This document shows positions 9,852-21,752 of a stretch of DNA of 64,000 nucleotides, piece by piece (the first letter of the stretch is position 1; the number at the start of each line of letters is the position of its first letter). Made by a program: the position numbers and the translations under genes. The stretch is from the NCBI GenBank assembly GCA_963837955.1, contig CAWIPH010000002.1, forward strand, positions 448,001 to 512,000, given 5' to 3'. The notes beneath the pieces were generated by a model that was not told where the DNA came from, did not search any database, and saw nothing but the letters and a program-made list of their open reading frames with translations. The DNA is from an uncultured Verrucomicrobiae bacterium (lineage in GTDB: Bacteria > Verrucomicrobiota > Verrucomicrobiia > Chthoniobacterales > JAFAMB01).

Positions 9852-12800
9852 ATGGCGGTCCAACTTCCACATTCGAGTTCATTCGATATCGCGGAGGCGC
9901 TTACCCAGCGCATCCTGATCCTTGACGGAGCGATGGGTACAATGGTCCAGCGGTTTCGTTTCCAGGAGGAGGACTACCGCGGCGATCGCTTCCGAGACCA
10001 TCCCAGAAGTCTTAAGAACAATCACGATATTCTTAGCTTGACCCAGCCTGCGGCGATCGAACGGATCCATCGCGACTACCTGGCAGCGGGCGCTGACATC
10101 ATTGAGACGAATACTTTTAACGCGACGGCTATTTCTCAGGACGATTTCGGCGTCCAGGAATTGGTAGCGGAGATGAACCGAGCAGCAGCGCGATTGGCCA
10201 AGAACGCGGTCGCAGAATGTATGGCGAAAGATCCATCCCGGCGTCGCTATGTTGCGGGCTCGATGGGTCCGCTGAATCGCACCCTGTCTATCTCGCGGGA
10301 CGTGAACGATCCGGGTAAGAGAGACGTAACCTGGCTGCAAGTGAAGCGGGCCTACGGAGATCAGGCGAAAGCGTTACTTGAGGGAGGCGTTGATTTGCTC
10401 TTAGTGGAAACGACCTTCGATACCCTGAACCTGAAAGCAGCGCTGTTTGCGGTCGAAGAGATCTTTGCGGAAGTAGGCTACCGAGTGCCGGTACTGGCGT
10501 CCGGCACCATTACTGACGCGAGCGGGCGTACGCTGACGGGTCAGACGACGGAGGCTTTTTGGATTTCGATCTCCCACGCTCCCTTGCTCAGCGTCGGTCT
10601 CAACTGCGCTCTAGGACCTAAGGAATTACGGCCGTATATCGAAGAACTTGCTCGGATCTCTCCCATCTACGTTTCCTGTTATCCCAACGCCGGCCTACCC
10701 GATCCGTTATCGCCGACTGGCTTCCCGGAAACGCCGGAATCACTCGCGCCGCAGTTGGCTGAGTGGGCGGAGTTAGGCTGGCTGAACATAGTTGGGGGTT
10801 GCTGCGGCACTACGCCGGAACATATCGCTGCATTGGTCGAAGCCGTACGCGGATTGCCACCGCGAAAACTACCCGCAAAGAATATCCAAACCCGATTGAG
10901 CGGCTTGGAACCATATCAGCTGGGTTCAACTTTCACCGTTATCGGCGAGCGAACGAACATCACCGGTTCACCGAAGTTTTCGAAGTTGATCTTGGCCGAA
11001 GACTTCGACGGAGCGTTGACGGTCGCCCGCCACCAGGTCGAGGGCGGAGCAAACATTCTCGATATCAACATGGACGAAGGAATGATCGATTCCGAAGCGG
11101 CTATGCGGAAGTTTCTTAATTTGGTTGCTGCTGAACCGGATATCTCCCGGGTGCCGATCATGGTCGACAGCTCCAAATGGTCCGTGTTGGAGGCTGGACT
11201 GCAATGTTTGCAAGGCAAAGGGATCGTTAACTCGATCAGCCTCAAGGAAGGCGAGGAGAAGTTTCGAACCCAGGCAGAGCTGGTTCGCCGGTATGGCGCA
11301 GCCGTTGTCGTAATGGCGTTCGATGAAAAAGGGCAGGCCGACTCCTTTGAAAGGAAAATCGAGATCTGCGCCCGCGCTTACCGGCTGTTGGTGGATGAGG
11401 TCGGTTTCCCTCCGGAAGATATCGTTTTCGATCCGAACATACTCACGGTGGCTACCGGAATTGAGGAACATAATGCCTATGCGAAAGCATTTATCGAGGC
11501 GACCCGATGGATCAAAGCGCATCTACCGCATTGTCGAGTAAGCGGAGGAGTCAGCAATATCTCCTTTTCGCTGCGAGGTAATAACGTCGTGCGCGAAGCG
11601 ATGCACGCCGCCTTTCTTTATCATGCGATTCGCGCAGGAATGGATATGGGAATCGTGAACGCTGGGCAGCTCGCAGTGTATGAACAGATCCCGCCGGATC
11701 TCCTTGAGCTCGTGGAAGACGTGCTTTTTGACCGGCGCAAGGACGCCACGGAGCGCCTCGTAGATTTTGCCGAACAGGTGAAACAAACCGCGAAGGTCGG
11801 CGTAAAAGATGAGGCTTGGCGATCTGCGGACGTGGAGGAGCGACTGGCCTACGCACTGGTCAAAGGCATCGTTGACTACATCGATCTTGATACGGAAGAG
11901 GCGCGCCAAAAATACGATAAGCCGCTGTCTGTGATTGAGGGTCCCTTGATGAAGGGCATGGGCGTCGTTGGCGACCTATTCGGATCTGGCAAAATGTTCC
12001 TTCCGCAGGTGGTCAAAAGCGCGCGAGTCATGAAGAAAGCTGTGGCCTATCTCATGCCGTATATGGAGGAAGAAAGGCAGAGTAACCCGGAGAAGCGGTC
12101 TCAAGGCAAAGTCGTAATGGCTACGGTCAAAGGAGACGTTCACGACATCGGAAAGAACATCGTGGGCGTCGTGTTGGCCTGTAACAATTTCGAGGTGACC
12201 GATCTCGGCGTCATGGTGCCGGCCGAGAAAATTCTCGAAGAGGCTCGAAAACGGAATGCTGATGTGATCGGACTAAGTGGACTAATCACGCCGTCCCTCG
12301 ATGAAATGGTGCATGTTGCCCAGGAGATGGAACGGTTGGGTTATACGGAGCCGTTGCTGATTGGTGGGGCCACAACCAGCCGAGCGCATACCGCAGTGAA
12401 AATCGCGCCGCACTACTCCGGATCGGTCATCCATGTGTTGGATGCTTCGCGCGCCGCCGGCGTGGTGTCTTCGTTGCTGAGCGAAGATCAGAGGTCCAGC
12501 TTCACCAGCAAGAACGCTGAAGAACAGAATAAGCTTCGTATCGAATTTCAGCAAAAAGCCGGCGGTAAACCGTTGTTGCCGATCGAAGTGGCCAGGGAAC
12601 GGAAAGAACCGGTCGATTGGAACGCAGCCCGGATTGATCGGCCCAGCTTTGTTGGAGCCCACTCAATCGCCAGCCAACCGCTCGATGAACTGGTCCCTTA
12701 CATCGATTGGTCACCCTTTTTCCATACTTGGGAATTGCGTGGCCGATTCCCCAGTATCTTCGACGACCCGGTTGTCGGGGCCCAGGCGCGGCAGTTGTAC

Positions 12801-13571
12801 GAGGATGCGCAAAAGCTGCTCCAGGACATCGTGAATAGCCGTCTGATAGTTGCTAAAGGAGTCTACGGATTGTGGCCGGCCAACAACGTGGGAGATGATA
12901 TCGAGGTATATGGCGATGAAACACGAGCGGAGATACTCACAGTGTTTCACATGCTTCGCCAGCAGATGGACAAGCCGTCCGGTCAGTTCAATCACTGTTT
13001 GGCCGATTTCATCGCTCCCCGATCGAGCGGACGCACGGATTATCTCGGTGCTTTTGCAGTAACGGCAGGACACGGCGCGGACGAGTTGGCGCGACAATTT
13101 GAGGCCGACCACGACGATTACAATGCGATCATGACCAAAGCCTTGGCAGATCGTTTGGCGGAAGCATTCGCTGAGTTTCTGCATGAGCGGGCCAGACGGG
13201 ACTGGGGGTTTGGTGGTGACGAGAAGCTAAGCAAAGAAGATTTGATCCGTGAATCGTATCGTGGAATTCGACCGGCGGCAGGATACCCGGCATGTCCGGA
13301 CCACACTGAGAAACGGACTCTCTTCGATCTGTTGCGAGCCGAGCAAGCAACCGGCATCCGCCTGACGGAGAGTTATGCCATGTGGCCGGGCGCTTCCGTA
13401 AGCGGACTTTATTTCGCTGCGCCCAACGCGAAATACTTTGGAGTCGGGAAGATCGGCCGCGACCAGATCCAGGATTACCAAGCTCGCAAAGGCTTGTCTT
13501 TGGAAGAGGTGGAGCGCTGGCTGGGTCCGTATCTGAATTATCAACCGAAGAGCACGGTTACCGTTCGGTAG
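9852..13571 (+). CDS. metH: Cobalamin-dependent methionine synthase
   Basis: [39 protein letters not shown]12-binding motif, GYPACPDH; 1239 aa. Confidence 0.98.
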   Translation: MAVQLPHSSSFDIAEALTQRILILDGAMGTMVQRFRFQEEDYRGDRFRDHPRSLKNNHDILSLTQPAAIERIHRDYLAAGADIIETNTFNATAISQDDFGVQELVAEMNRAAARLAKNAVAECMAKDPSRRRYVAGSMGPLNRTLSISRDVNDPGKRDVTWLQVKRAYGDQAKALLEGGVDLLLVETTFDTLNLKAALFAVEEIFAEVGYRVPVLASGTITDASGRTLTGQTTEAFWISISHAPLLSVGLNCALGPKELRPYIEELARISPIYVSCYPNAGLPDPLSPTGFPETPESLAPQLAEWAELGWLNIVGGCCGTTPEHIAALVEAVRGLPPRKLPAKNIQTRLSGLEPYQLGSTFTVIGERTNITGSPKFSKLILAEDFDGALTVARHQVEGGANILDINMDEGMIDSEAAMRKFLNLVAAEPDISRVPIMVDSSKWSVLEAGLQCLQGKGIVNSISLKEGEEKFRTQAELVRRYGAAVVVMAFDEKGQADSFERKIEICARAYRLLVDEVGFPPEDIVFDPNILTVATGIEEHNAYAKAFIEATRWIKAHLPHCRVSGGVSNISFSLRGNNVVREAMHAAFLYHAIRAGMDMGIVNAGQLAVYEQIPPDLLELVEDVLFDRRKDATERLVDFAEQVKQTAKVGVKDEAWRSADVEERLAYALVKGIVDYIDLDTEEARQKYDKPLSVIEGPLMKGMGVVGDLFGSGKMFLPQVVKSARVMKKAVAYLMPYMEEERQSNPEKRSQGKVVMATVKGDVHDIGKNIVGVVLACNNFEVTDLGVMVPAEKILEEARKRNADVIGLSGLITPSLDEMVHVAQEMERLGYTEPLLIGGATTSRAHTAVKIAPHYSGSVIHVLDASRAAGVVSSLLSEDQRSSFTSKNAEEQNKLRIEFQQKAGGKPLLPIEVARERKEPVDWNAARIDRPSFVGAHSIASQPLDELVPYIDWSPFFHTWELRGRFPSIFDDPVVGAQARQLYEDAQKLLQDIVNSRLIVAKGVYGLWPANNVGDDIEVYGDETRAEILTVFHMLRQQMDKPSGQFNHCLADFIAPRSSGRTDYLGAFAVTAGHGADELARQFEADHDDYNAIMTKALADRLAEAFAEFLHERARRDWGFGGDEKLSKEDLIRESYRGIRPAAGYPACPDHTEKRTLFDLLRAEQATGIRLTESYAMWPGASVSGLYFAAPNAKYFGVGKIGRDQIQDYQARKGLSLEEVERWLGPYLNYQPKSTVTVR

Positions 13572-13725
13572 CCTGATCCTCCTGGCTCAGGAACCGGGGC
13601 GCTGCGCGATTGTGAGAAGTGATTGGTGATTGGTGGGAGATCTCTGCCGAGGATTTACCGATAGGCATCCACCGCCCTCTCACTAGTCACTCATCGCCGA
13701 CGCTGAGGCTGAAGCGTCAGGCTAC
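13568..13725. repeat. GTAG-type REP pair (GTAGCCTGA family) enclosing short heptamer-like repeats
   Basis: GTAGCCTGATCCTCCTGGCTCAGGAA at 13568 (overlaps metH TAG) and inverted ...TCAGGCTAC at 13717-13725; identical 26-mer at 43920. Confidence 0.65.
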
Positions 13726-14501
13726 TCCGCAAAAAAAAGAGAGTCGGTGCGCGGCGGTTGGACCGGCACCGACCCCTGCTGTTGGCGTGGTGGCTATTCT
13801 TTAGAAATGGCGACTCTAATTGGTCGTCGGGATTCTATTAAGCAGCCGTGATGCCAACCCGATCAGATCGAGCCAAAGACGAGGCTTATTCTCCGTTTCC
13901 TCGAGGGGAAATAAATTTAGATTCAATAATCTGCTTGCAGAGCTCGCCCCGTTTCTGGGAACCGAGCTGACCCGATTTTGGGATCGTGAGTCCTGAAAAT
14001 GGGACGGCCTTTCCTCGTTCGAGATTAAGCGCAATTGCAAACGGCTGGATTGCTATTTGGAGTTCCGTGGCAACGAGTCGATTCGATAACGGACGTATCT
14101 TAACGGGCCGTTGCCCGATAGGTTCTTATTGAGCGAAATCCAAAAACCAGTTTTCTCGGGTGACGGGGATTTCAGATCGGCAGAAGAGCCTGGTAAACGA
14201 TCCAGTCTGCAACACGCTTTTAGACGAGACCCCTAACTCTTACATTATCGCCGAACCGAAAAAGGCTTGATCTACAAAGATCTTATTCCTAAAGCTAACT
14301 TCTATTCCGCGTCTCGTTTTCTGCCCCCGTCGCACGTTGCTATCTGAATGATGGCCGGCCTGATGAGAATACTGACCGAAGCGTTCCCAGCTGATTAGCT
14401 TGCTATGTTGATCCTAAGAAAGCGTTCGGTCCGCGACATGTGCTCCCATAACAGGTTGCCATTGGACACCAAGTTTCGAGCTATTCCTTAGGGCCAGAAC
14501 C

Positions 14502-15326
14502 ATGTTCAACTGGCTCTCCAACTTTCCTGAGATCGGCATCGCGGTGCTCTGGCTCTACAACTTTCCTGACGTCGGCATTGCGCTGCTGTTCGGGACGGTT
14601 GGTGCGTGCCTGTTTGCTGGATTCCCGTTCTTGCGAGAGAAAGTGCTGTGTATCCAAGTGCCAGGGGATCAGTCTTCAGCTGCGCGCAATGCTTTGGAAG
14701 TGGTAATCGGCTTTACGGCGGTCGTTCTAGCGTTCTCACTGGTTCAGGCACATCGCAACCTTCGGGACCTCGAAGCGCAGGTAGGCACGGAGGCCCATAA
14801 TCTCGCTCAGATGGATCGTCTTATCCTCCGATATGGGGACCCCGCGATCAGTGCCATCAGGGAATCGCTGCGCGACTATGCAAACTCGATCGTAAAGGAT
14901 GAGTGGCCGCAACTACGCAAAGGCAAGCCAAGTGAGCGGACTGCTGCGCTGTTCCGCCCAATTTCACGCAGCATATTTGCGATCGACCCGGCGTCTGGAC
15001 GCCAGAGCCTGATCTATACGGAGATGCTTAGAAAAGCGGATGAAATTGCAGCGGACCGCAAAGCGCGCGTGGTTGCGGCCACTAAACTCAAACTGCCTCC
15101 GATCTTCTGGCAGACAATCATTGCCTTATTCGTAATACTGCTGCTATTGGCGACATTCGCTGAAGCCACGCTTGGCCAGCAGGTGGCGCTCGGCGGGCAG
15201 GGTTTCGGGCTTGCATTGCTCGTGGCCCTTGTTTTCATCTTCGATCAGCCCTTCAGAGGCCAGACCTCTGTTTCACCGGATCCCATTGTGAATGTCATCG
15301 CGGAAATGCAGGGCCGTACCTCATGA
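14502..15326 (+). CDS. DUF4239-like (bestrophin-related) membrane protein
   Basis: Two N-terminal and two C-terminal TM helices around a soluble core (LRDYANSIVKDEWP) and FDQPFRGQTSVSPDP tail. Confidence 0.7.
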   Translation: MFNWLSNFPEIGIAVLWLYNFPDVGIALLFGTVGACLFAGFPFLREKVLCIQVPGDQSSAARNALEVVIGFTAVVLAFSLVQAHRNLRDLEAQVGTEAHNLAQMDRLILRYGDPAISAIRESLRDYANSIVKDEWPQLRKGKPSERTAALFRPISRSIFAIDPASGRQSLIYTEMLRKADEIAADRKARVVAATKLKLPPIFWQTIIALFVILLLLATFAEATLGQQVALGGQGFGLALLVALVFIFDQPFRGQTSVSPDPIVNVIAEMQGRTS

Positions 15327-15615
15327 TCAGCCGCGACGATCACCTACGCGATTACTTGCGATCCGCTGGATGGCTATTTTGCTAGTCTTCGGCGGCGCGT
15401 TCGGGCAGAAGGAGTCAGACAAATGATACCCGCGAATCAGCACGCTCTGATGGGAATCACAATCCGATCGCGAGCGGTATTCTCTAGTCGCTGCGGTTCG
15501 GGGCCGCCCCGCTAACCTGCAATTGCTGGCGTTGTAATCAATCCCGCCTTCCCAGACACCGGCCAGTTGCACATCTGAACTCGCCTCTTTAGTAAGCCGG
15601 AGCAATGACTTCTAA

Positions 15616-16101
15616 CTATTTTGAATTGCTCGGATACGCGTTAAATCGAAATATCTTCCAACTTCCGTCGGGTTGGCGCTTAAATATATCCAAGCTAGTT
15701 TCATCGACAAAGTTCTCCCCTGGCACGCTCTTCTGGGTAACTCGAAGAAGCCAGCCGAGCCTGGCGACAGCGAGGTCTCCGCAAACCAAGATCTCCTTGA
15801 TCTGAAGGGAATAATCATAGGTTTTAACAGGGTCATTTAACGATTTGAGCAACTGGGCACATAATGAATGATAGTCCCCCTCAGGCAGGCCCTGATAACT
15901 TGAAATCAGATCCGGGGCAAAAAGCGCGCAGACGTCAGATGAATCGCCCGCGTTGAAGTCCTTCGTCCATTTTTCCAGAGTGGCCCGAATTTCATTCTGC
16001 GCCGTCTCGGTCGTATTGGAACCAGCCGCGGATGAAAACGTAAGCAATAAAAATCCGCACAGAATCGCTGATCCGTTCAGAGCGTATTTTGATATTCTCA
16101 T
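15616..16101 (-). CDS. Secreted NTF2/SnoaL-like (DUF4440/YybH) protein
   Basis: Signal-like N-terminus, WTKDFNAGD...LFAPD, GDLAVAR, FKRQPDGSWKI; start uncertain. Confidence 0.75.
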   Translation of the reverse strand: MRISKYALNGSAILCGFLLLTFSSAAGSNTTETAQNEIRATLEKWTKDFNAGDSSDVCALFAPDLISSYQGLPEGDYHSLCAQLLKSLNDPVKTYDYSLQIKEILVCGDLAVARLGWLLRVTQKSVPGENFVDETSLDIFKRQPDGSWKIFRFNAYPSNSK

Positions 16102-16260
16102 GCGCAGGTTTCGCATTGGTTCCATAGCGCGCCAGTTTCTCAGAAACGGAGAAGCGGGGCGAGGCTTTGGGAGCAGCTTCTTTGTTATTTTGAAGTTCGC
16201 TTCCAGACCGGAAAATATGCTGTTGTATATTTTCCCATTTGGAGGCGAAGGCACCGAATC

Positions 16261-17550
16261 CTACTCATCCGCGGCGTCGATCTCCAGTTGCACGAGGTCG
16301 GCAAAGTTTTGCCGGCGGCGGATCACCTGATGGTTCTTTCCCTGAACTAGTATCTCGGCTGCTAGAGGGCGAGAGTTGTAGTTCGAAGCCATGGCGAACC
16401 CGTAGGCGCCCGCGCTCATGATGGCGAGCAAATCGCCCGCTTTGACATCGGCGATTTCGCGATCCAACGCTATGAAATCGCCGCTCTCGCAAACCGGCCC
16501 GACGACATCTGCCCGAATCATTTTCGCACTTTCATTTAACGGAACGATTTCGTGGTATCCCTGGTAGAGGGCTGGCCGAATGAGATCATTCATGCCGACG
16601 TCGACGATAATGAAAACTTTGTTCGGAGTCTTTTTGAGATAAAGAACTCGGGTGAGCAGGACTCCGGCGTTTCCAACCAGGAAGCGCCCCGGTTCAAGCA
16701 GCACCCGCATTTGCAGCGGTTGCAGCCGAGGAACAACTGTTCCGGCATATTCCTCGATACTCATTGCTCGATTTTCCTTCTGCTGCCACCAAACCTGGTC
16801 TCCACTTTCCAGAGATCCCTGGTAGACGATCCCGATTCCGCCTCCGATGCTAAAGAATTGGATGCCGAATCGGTTGCGCAAATGTTGAGCGATCGGAACG
16901 ATTTTGTCGATGGCATCGGCGAACGGCTTGGACTCGGTGATTTGTGAGCCGATATGCGTTTGGAGTCCTTTGATCTCCAAGTGTTTCAGGCCGGCAGCCA
17001 ACTCGTAGACCGGCTCCACGCGATCGAGACCAATCCCGAATTTGTTTTCGCTCTTTCCAGTCGAAATATACTTGTGGGTCTTCGCGTCGACGTCAGGGTT
17101 GACTCGGACCGCGATGGGAGCCTTGCGGTCCAATGAGCGAGCGACTTCATCGATGGTTAGAAGTTCTTCTTCTGACTCGATGTTGAAGCTACCAATATTG
17201 TTGTACAGCGCGTAGGCGATCTCATCGCGTGTCTTGCCCACGCCGGCAAAAGTACATCTGGCGGGATCACCGCCGGCGGTGATGATTCGGTAAAGTTCGC
17301 CCCCTGATACGATGTCGAATCCGGCGCCTTCGTCTGCCAACGTCCGGAGAATGGCTAAGTTGGAATTCGCTTTGATCGCGTAGCAGATTTCACGATGGAG
17401 CGGCTCCAAGGCTGCGTTCAATCGGCGATAGTGATCAACAATGGTTTGCTCGCTATAGACGTACAGTGGTGTTCCATGTTGTTCGGCCAGAGTGGCGAGA
17501 TCGGTAGATTCGCAGTGGAGCTTGCCCTCTTGATAGTGAAACGAATGCAT
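16261..17550 (-). CDS. lysA: Diaminopimelate decarboxylase
   Basis: YAIKANSN PLP lysine, HIGSQ, EPGR, GPVCESGD, GAYG..MASNYN; start re-picked at MHSFHYQ. Confidence 0.96.
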   Translation of the reverse strand: MHSFHYQEGKLHCESTDLATLAEQHGTPLYVYSEQTIVDHYRRLNAALEPLHREICYAIKANSNLAILRTLADEGAGFDIVSGGELYRIITAGGDPARCTFAGVGKTRDEIAYALYNNIGSFNIESEEELLTIDEVARSLDRKAPIAVRVNPDVDAKTHKYISTGKSENKFGIGLDRVEPVYELAAGLKHLEIKGLQTHIGSQITESKPFADAIDKIVPIAQHLRNRFGIQFFSIGGGIGIVYQGSLESGDQVWWQQKENRAMSIEEYAGTVVPRLQPLQMRVLLEPGRFLVGNAGVLLTRVLYLKKTPNKVFIIVDVGMNDLIRPALYQGYHEIVPLNESAKMIRADVVGPVCESGDFIALDREIADVKAGDLLAIMSAGAYGFAMASNYNSRPLAAEILVQGKNHQVIRRRQNFADLVQLEIDAADE

Positions 17551-17572
17551 GGGAAAACGGTTCGCGCTCGGG

Positions 17573-18460
17573 CTAACCAGCAATGCCGGTTTGATGTTGG
17601 CAAGCCGATACCGTGTTCTGCATCAGCATCGCGATTGTCATCGGCCCGACTCCGCCCGGGACCGGAGTGATGGCTCTGGCTCGCTCCGCTACTTCGTCGA
17701 AAGCCACATCTCCCACCAGTCGAAAACCGCTCGGTCGAGTGGGATCCTCCAGGCGGTTGATTCCGACGTCGATGACGATCGCACCTTCCCGCACGTGTTT
17801 TGCCCGCAAGAACTGGCTGCGCCCGATGGCTGCTACCAGGATATCAGCGGAGCGGGTTAGCTCTTCCAAGCCGTTGGATCGAGAATGGGCCACCGTGACC
17901 GTGGCATCACCTCCGCGCCCTTTCTGCATCAACAGCAAAGCCAGCGGCTTCCCTACCAGCATACTCCGGCCGACAATCACTACATGAGCTCCTTTAGGAT
18001 CGAACCCTGATTCGAGAAGAAGTCGCTGGCATCCGAGAGGAGTGCATGGGACGAGAGCGGTGGGGTCACCCATAGCTAATTTCCCGACGTTCACCGGATG
18101 TAATCCGTCCACGTCTTTAGTTGGGTTAAGCGCATTAACGACGGCCCTTTCGTCGATGTGGGGCGGAGGAGGCGATTGCACCAGGATCCCGTGAACCTCT
18201 TGATCCGAATTCAATTGTTCGACGATCCTCAGTAATTCCTTTTGAGAGGTACCAGCCTCTAGCTCGATCTTCCGGGAGTAGAGTCCGAGCTCTTGAGATG
18301 TCCGGTCTTTGTTCCGCACATAAGTCACGGAAGCGGGGTCGTCTCCAACGAGAACGACCGCCAGACCAGGTACCACTCCCAGACGCTTTAGCTCGGCAAC
18401 CTTTGCCCGGGTCTGGTCATTGATTTTCCGGGCGATCGCTTTTCCGTCAATAAGTTCCAT
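17573..18460 (-). CDS. folD: Methylenetetrahydrofolate dehydrogenase/cyclohydrolase
   Basis: [34 protein letters not shown]. Confidence 0.97.
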   Translation of the reverse strand: MELIDGKAIARKINDQTRAKVAELKRLGVVPGLAVVLVGDDPASVTYVRNKDRTSQELGLYSRKIELEAGTSQKELLRIVEQLNSDQEVHGILVQSPPPPHIDERAVVNALNPTKDVDGLHPVNVGKLAMGDPTALVPCTPLGCQRLLLESGFDPKGAHVVIVGRSMLVGKPLALLLMQKGRGGDATVTVAHSRSNGLEELTRSADILVAAIGRSQFLRAKHVREGAIVIDVGINRLEDPTRPSGFRLVGDVAFDEVAERARAITPVPGGVGPMTIAMLMQNTVSACQHQTGIAG

Positions 18461-18512
18461 GAGGCGTTAGGCGAGCAGGGATTCTCATTTGTCATCTGGG
18501 ACTTGTCATTTC

Positions 18513-19928
18513 CTAACGTTGCAGCCATTCCGTGTGGAATGATCCCGGTTTATCGACGCGTTCGTAAGTATGGGCGCCAAAATAATCGCGTTGCGCTTGT
18601 AGTAAGTTAGCCGGCAACCGCTCCTGCCGGTAACTATCGTAATACGCGAGCGAGGCACTGAATGCTGGTACCGCGATGCCTGCTTGAATCGCCTGACTAA
18701 TGGCGAATCTCCAATTCTTTTGGGTCCGCGCCAGGACTTCCTTGAAGAATGGATCGAGCATTAGATTTTCCAGCTTTGGCTCGCGGTCGAAAGCTTCTTT
18801 GATCCGATTAAGGAATTTTGCGCGGATGATGCAACCCCCGCGCCAGATGGTGGCGATGTCGCCGTAGTGAAGGTTCCAGTTAAACTGCTGGCTGGCTGCA
18901 CCAAACAACGTAAAGCCTTGGGCGTAAGAAATAATTTTCGATGCATACAAGGCGTCGCGAACCGCGTCGATTAATTCGGCGCGGTTCCCTTCGAATTTAT
19001 AGGTGCTGGGACCGGATAGCTGCTTCGACGCGCGGGCTCGCTGTTCTTTCAGAGAGGAGAGAATTCTGGCTTCTACGGCCGCGTTGATTGTGGAAATCAC
19101 GATCGTCTGCTCGATCGCAGATTGCAGGGTCCATTTACCGGTTCCTTTTTGGCCGGCCTTATCCAGGATTACATCCACTAAAGCTTTGCCGGTTTCCGGA
19201 TCTTTCTTAGAAAAAATGTTCGCAGTAATTTCGATGAGAAAACTGTCCAGATCTCCTCGATTCCAATCGGCGAAGACGTCGTGCAACTCATTCGGGCTAA
19301 GACCAAGCACATCGCGAAGGATAGCGTAGGCTTCGCAGATGAGCTGCATGTCTCCATATTCAATGCCGTTATGTACCATCTTGACATAGTGGCCGGCTCC
19401 ATCCGGCCCCATGTATCGGCAGCACGGTTCTCCATCTACTTGGGCGGCAATTTTTTGGCAAATAGGAGCGACGATCTTCCAGGCTGTTTCTGCTCCTCCT
19501 GGCATCATTGAAGGCCCCTTCAGCGCCCCTTCTTCACCTCCGGAGACCCCGATACCCATAAAATGAATGCCCTTTTCGGCGAGCGCCTTATCTCGCCGTT
19601 GGGTATCGAGATAAAGCGAGTTTCCTCCGTCGATGATGACGTCGCCGCGATCGAGATGAGGCAAGAGTTGGTCAATGACGGCATCGACTGCGCCGCCTGC
19701 CTTTACCATTATCATCGTCTTGCGTGGTCGAGCCAATGTCCCAACGAACTCCTCGATCGATTTGGTTGGAACAATCTTTTTTCCTTTGGCCCGACCAGCA
19801 GCAAATTTGTCAGTCACCTCTGTGGTTCGATTGTAAACCGAGACGGTGTACCCTTTGCTCTCCATGTTGAGCACAAGATTTTCTCCCATCACTGCTAGTC
19901 CAACGAGTCCGATGTCCGATGCGTTCAT
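18513..19928 (-). CDS. gnd: 6-phosphogluconate dehydrogenase (decarboxylating)
   Basis: GLAVMGENL, GHYVKMVHNGIEYGDMQ, QKGTGKW, QAQRDYFGAHTYER. Confidence 0.97.
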   Translation of the reverse strand: MNASDIGLVGLAVMGENLVLNMESKGYTVSVYNRTTEVTDKFAAGRAKGKKIVPTKSIEEFVGTLARPRKTMIMVKAGGAVDAVIDQLLPHLDRGDVIIDGGNSLYLDTQRRDKALAEKGIHFMGIGVSGGEEGALKGPSMMPGGAETAWKIVAPICQKIAAQVDGEPCCRYMGPDGAGHYVKMVHNGIEYGDMQLICEAYAILRDVLGLSPNELHDVFADWNRGDLDSFLIEITANIFSKKDPETGKALVDVILDKAGQKGTGKWTLQSAIEQTIVISTINAAVEARILSSLKEQRARASKQLSGPSTYKFEGNRAELIDAVRDALYASKIISYAQGFTLFGAASQQFNWNLHYGDIATIWRGGCIIRAKFLNRIKEAFDREPKLENLMLDPFFKEVLARTQKNWRFAISQAIQAGIAVPAFSASLAYYDSYRQERLPANLLQAQRDYFGAHTYERVDKPGSFHTEWLQR

Positions 19929-20072
19929 AATCCGATTTTTGGCGAAATTGAAAATAATAGTCCGGTGATCGCTCCTCCAGAGCGGGGTTTGCGGATCCGC
20001 GGTTCTTCTGGCATTAACCTAGCCTATTTCGTCGTGCAAGCTGTCAAAGAGTGCAGAAACTCATAGAATTCA

Positions 20073-20504
20073 ATGGCCGGATCATTCTACATTGATTCGA
20101 TGGCGCTCGACGTGAAGCTGACGACGGAGTCGTTGTCCAGATTCAATCCGGAATTTTCGGATCTGGATGGGGCGATGGTCGACTTTTTTGGGGTGGTGCG
20201 AGGAACAGAAAATGGGCGACCAATTGATGGTATTGATTATCAGGCTTTTGTTGAAATGGCGGAGATTGAGCTTAGGCGCATCGCCGAAAATGCTCGGAAG
20301 GACTTTATGCTTGGACTCGTTTTGATCCACCATCGCATTGGCTTCGTGCCTGCTGGCGAACCGTCGCTATTGGTTCGAGTTACTGCACCTCATCGCGACA
20401 CGGCCTTTGCCGGGTGCCAGCACATCATCGAACAGCTCAAGGCCAAGGTCCCGATCTGGAAGCATCCGGCTTTTCGGAGACACGGCGCGCATGAACTTGC
20501 CTAA
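20073..20504 (+). CDS. moaE: Molybdopterin synthase catalytic subunit
   Basis: GAMVDFFGVVR, HHRIG, APHR, LKAKVPIWK. Confidence 0.85.
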   Translation: MAGSFYIDSMALDVKLTTESLSRFNPEFSDLDGAMVDFFGVVRGTENGRPIDGIDYQAFVEMAEIELRRIAENARKDFMLGLVLIHHRIGFVPAGEPSLLVRVTAPHRDTAFAGCQHIIEQLKAKVPIWKHPAFRRHGAHELA

Positions 20505-21066
20505 CCAGCTAACGCTGGGCCGGTTGATCATTACATTGCCGTTCGTCGCGGCGCTCAGCGTCGATTGGCCAGGGACCAAGACCATCGCCTTGTGCCTTTT
20601 TTTCCTGGCGACCTTGACCGATTACGCAGACGGCCTCATCGCCCGCCGATACAATCTTGTGACCGTTTTTGGCCAATTGATGGACCCGCTGGTCGACAAG
20701 ATCATGACCATCTCGGCTTTTATCTGCTTAGTCGCTCTACACGAAATACCTGCTTGGGCCGTGATCTTAATTGTAAGCCGCGAATTTCTCGTTACCGGCC
20801 TGCGTTTGATTGCTGCATCCCGTGGCCGGACCTTGCCGGCTGAGAGGTTGGGCAAGCACAAAACGGCCTGGCAAATGGCCACTATTATCTATTTTCTCGT
20901 GCTGCGTAGCGCACAGGAGTTTGGCGGCTCCGGCTGGGCTACCACAAACAATCCTCTACTTGGATCTCTTGGCGTTGCTTTAGTCGCAGTCACCGTAGCG
21001 TTGACCCTGCTTTCCGGGATAGGCTACCTCGCCAAAAATTGGGACCTTCTGCGCGAAAGCCAATGA
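20491..21066 (+). CDS. pgsA: CDP-diacylglycerol--glycerol-3-phosphate 3-phosphatidyltransferase
   Basis: MNLPNQLT start, TDYADGLIARR...FGQLMDPLVDK CDP-alcohol motif, SREFLVTGLR. Confidence 0.93.
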   Translation: MNLPNQLTLGRLIITLPFVAALSVDWPGTKTIALCLFFLATLTDYADGLIARRYNLVTVFGQLMDPLVDKIMTISAFICLVALHEIPAWAVILIVSREFLVTGLRLIAASRGRTLPAERLGKHKTAWQMATIIYFLVLRSAQEFGGSGWATTNNPLLGSLGVALVAVTVALTLLSGIGYLAKNWDLLRESQ

Positions 21067-21182
21067 CAAAATTGGCAAAGAAGCCAGGTTGAAACCGGGC
21101 CCGAACCGTTAGCGCGCACTACTCGACTACTCCTGAAGCGTGCGAGGACGGCGACGAAGAGAAAAACATTACGCCATACCGG

Positions 21183-21752
21183 TCAAAAAATCGTCTGAGG
21201 TACCTCGATGCGGTCTCCTGGCTCTACCGGTATGTCTAGCGACGGATTGGAGCGGATTTTCTTAATGTCGATAACCATTACTTCGTTACCGCGGAGCAGT
21301 CGCACTTTGCGTTGTTCGGCGAACGGAGAAAATCCACCCGCCGCAGTGATCGTGGACAGGATGGTAAGGTCCGGCGTGTACGGTACCCGCTGCGGAGCTT
21401 TTACCTCGCCTCCGACGTTTACCCAGCGGGATTGCGCCTGCATGGTAATAATGATCGTCGGGTTGGTATAGACGTCGTGGGCCCGATAGCCGCCTTCGAT
21501 CGCTGTCTGAGCCGCTCCAGAAGTAAGGCCGCCAATCCTGATTTTACCCAAGTTGGGCATATTCACATAGCCCTGTCCGTCAATCATGTAAGCGCCAGTG
21601 ACCGAGGTGGTGTCGTTAGCAGGAACACCCCCGATTTTTAGCTCGATCGTGTCGCCCGGACGAAGTAGCGCCTCTCCCGCGAAGGCGACAACGCAAAAGA
21701 CCGTCAGGATCGCGAGCGTACCGCAGAATCGAACACGACCATTAGTAGACAT
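21183..21752 (-). CDS. Short polysaccharide export (OPX/Poly_export + SLBB) protein
   Basis: LRPGDTI, IDGQGYVNMPNLG, VGGEVKAP, ITAAGGFS, VEPGDRIEVP; 189 aa. Confidence 0.85.
   Translation of the reverse strand: MSTNGRVRFCGTLAILTVFCVVAFAGEALLRPGDTIELKIGGVPANDTTSVTGAYMIDGQGYVNMPNLGKIRIGGLTSGAAQTAIEGGYRAHDVYTNPTIIITMQAQSRWVNVGGEVKAPQRVPYTPDLTILSTITAAGGFSPFAEQRKVRLLRGNEVMVIDIKKIRSNPSLDIPVEPGDRIEVPQTIF

Noticed and set aside
13726..14500. Long intergenic stretch with short ORFs
   Set aside because: No recognisable motif, RNA gene or repeat beyond the REP pair; left unannotated
20073..21066. moaE overlapping pgsA as a functional link
   Set aside because: No mechanistic support; most simply a housekeeping gene juxtaposition
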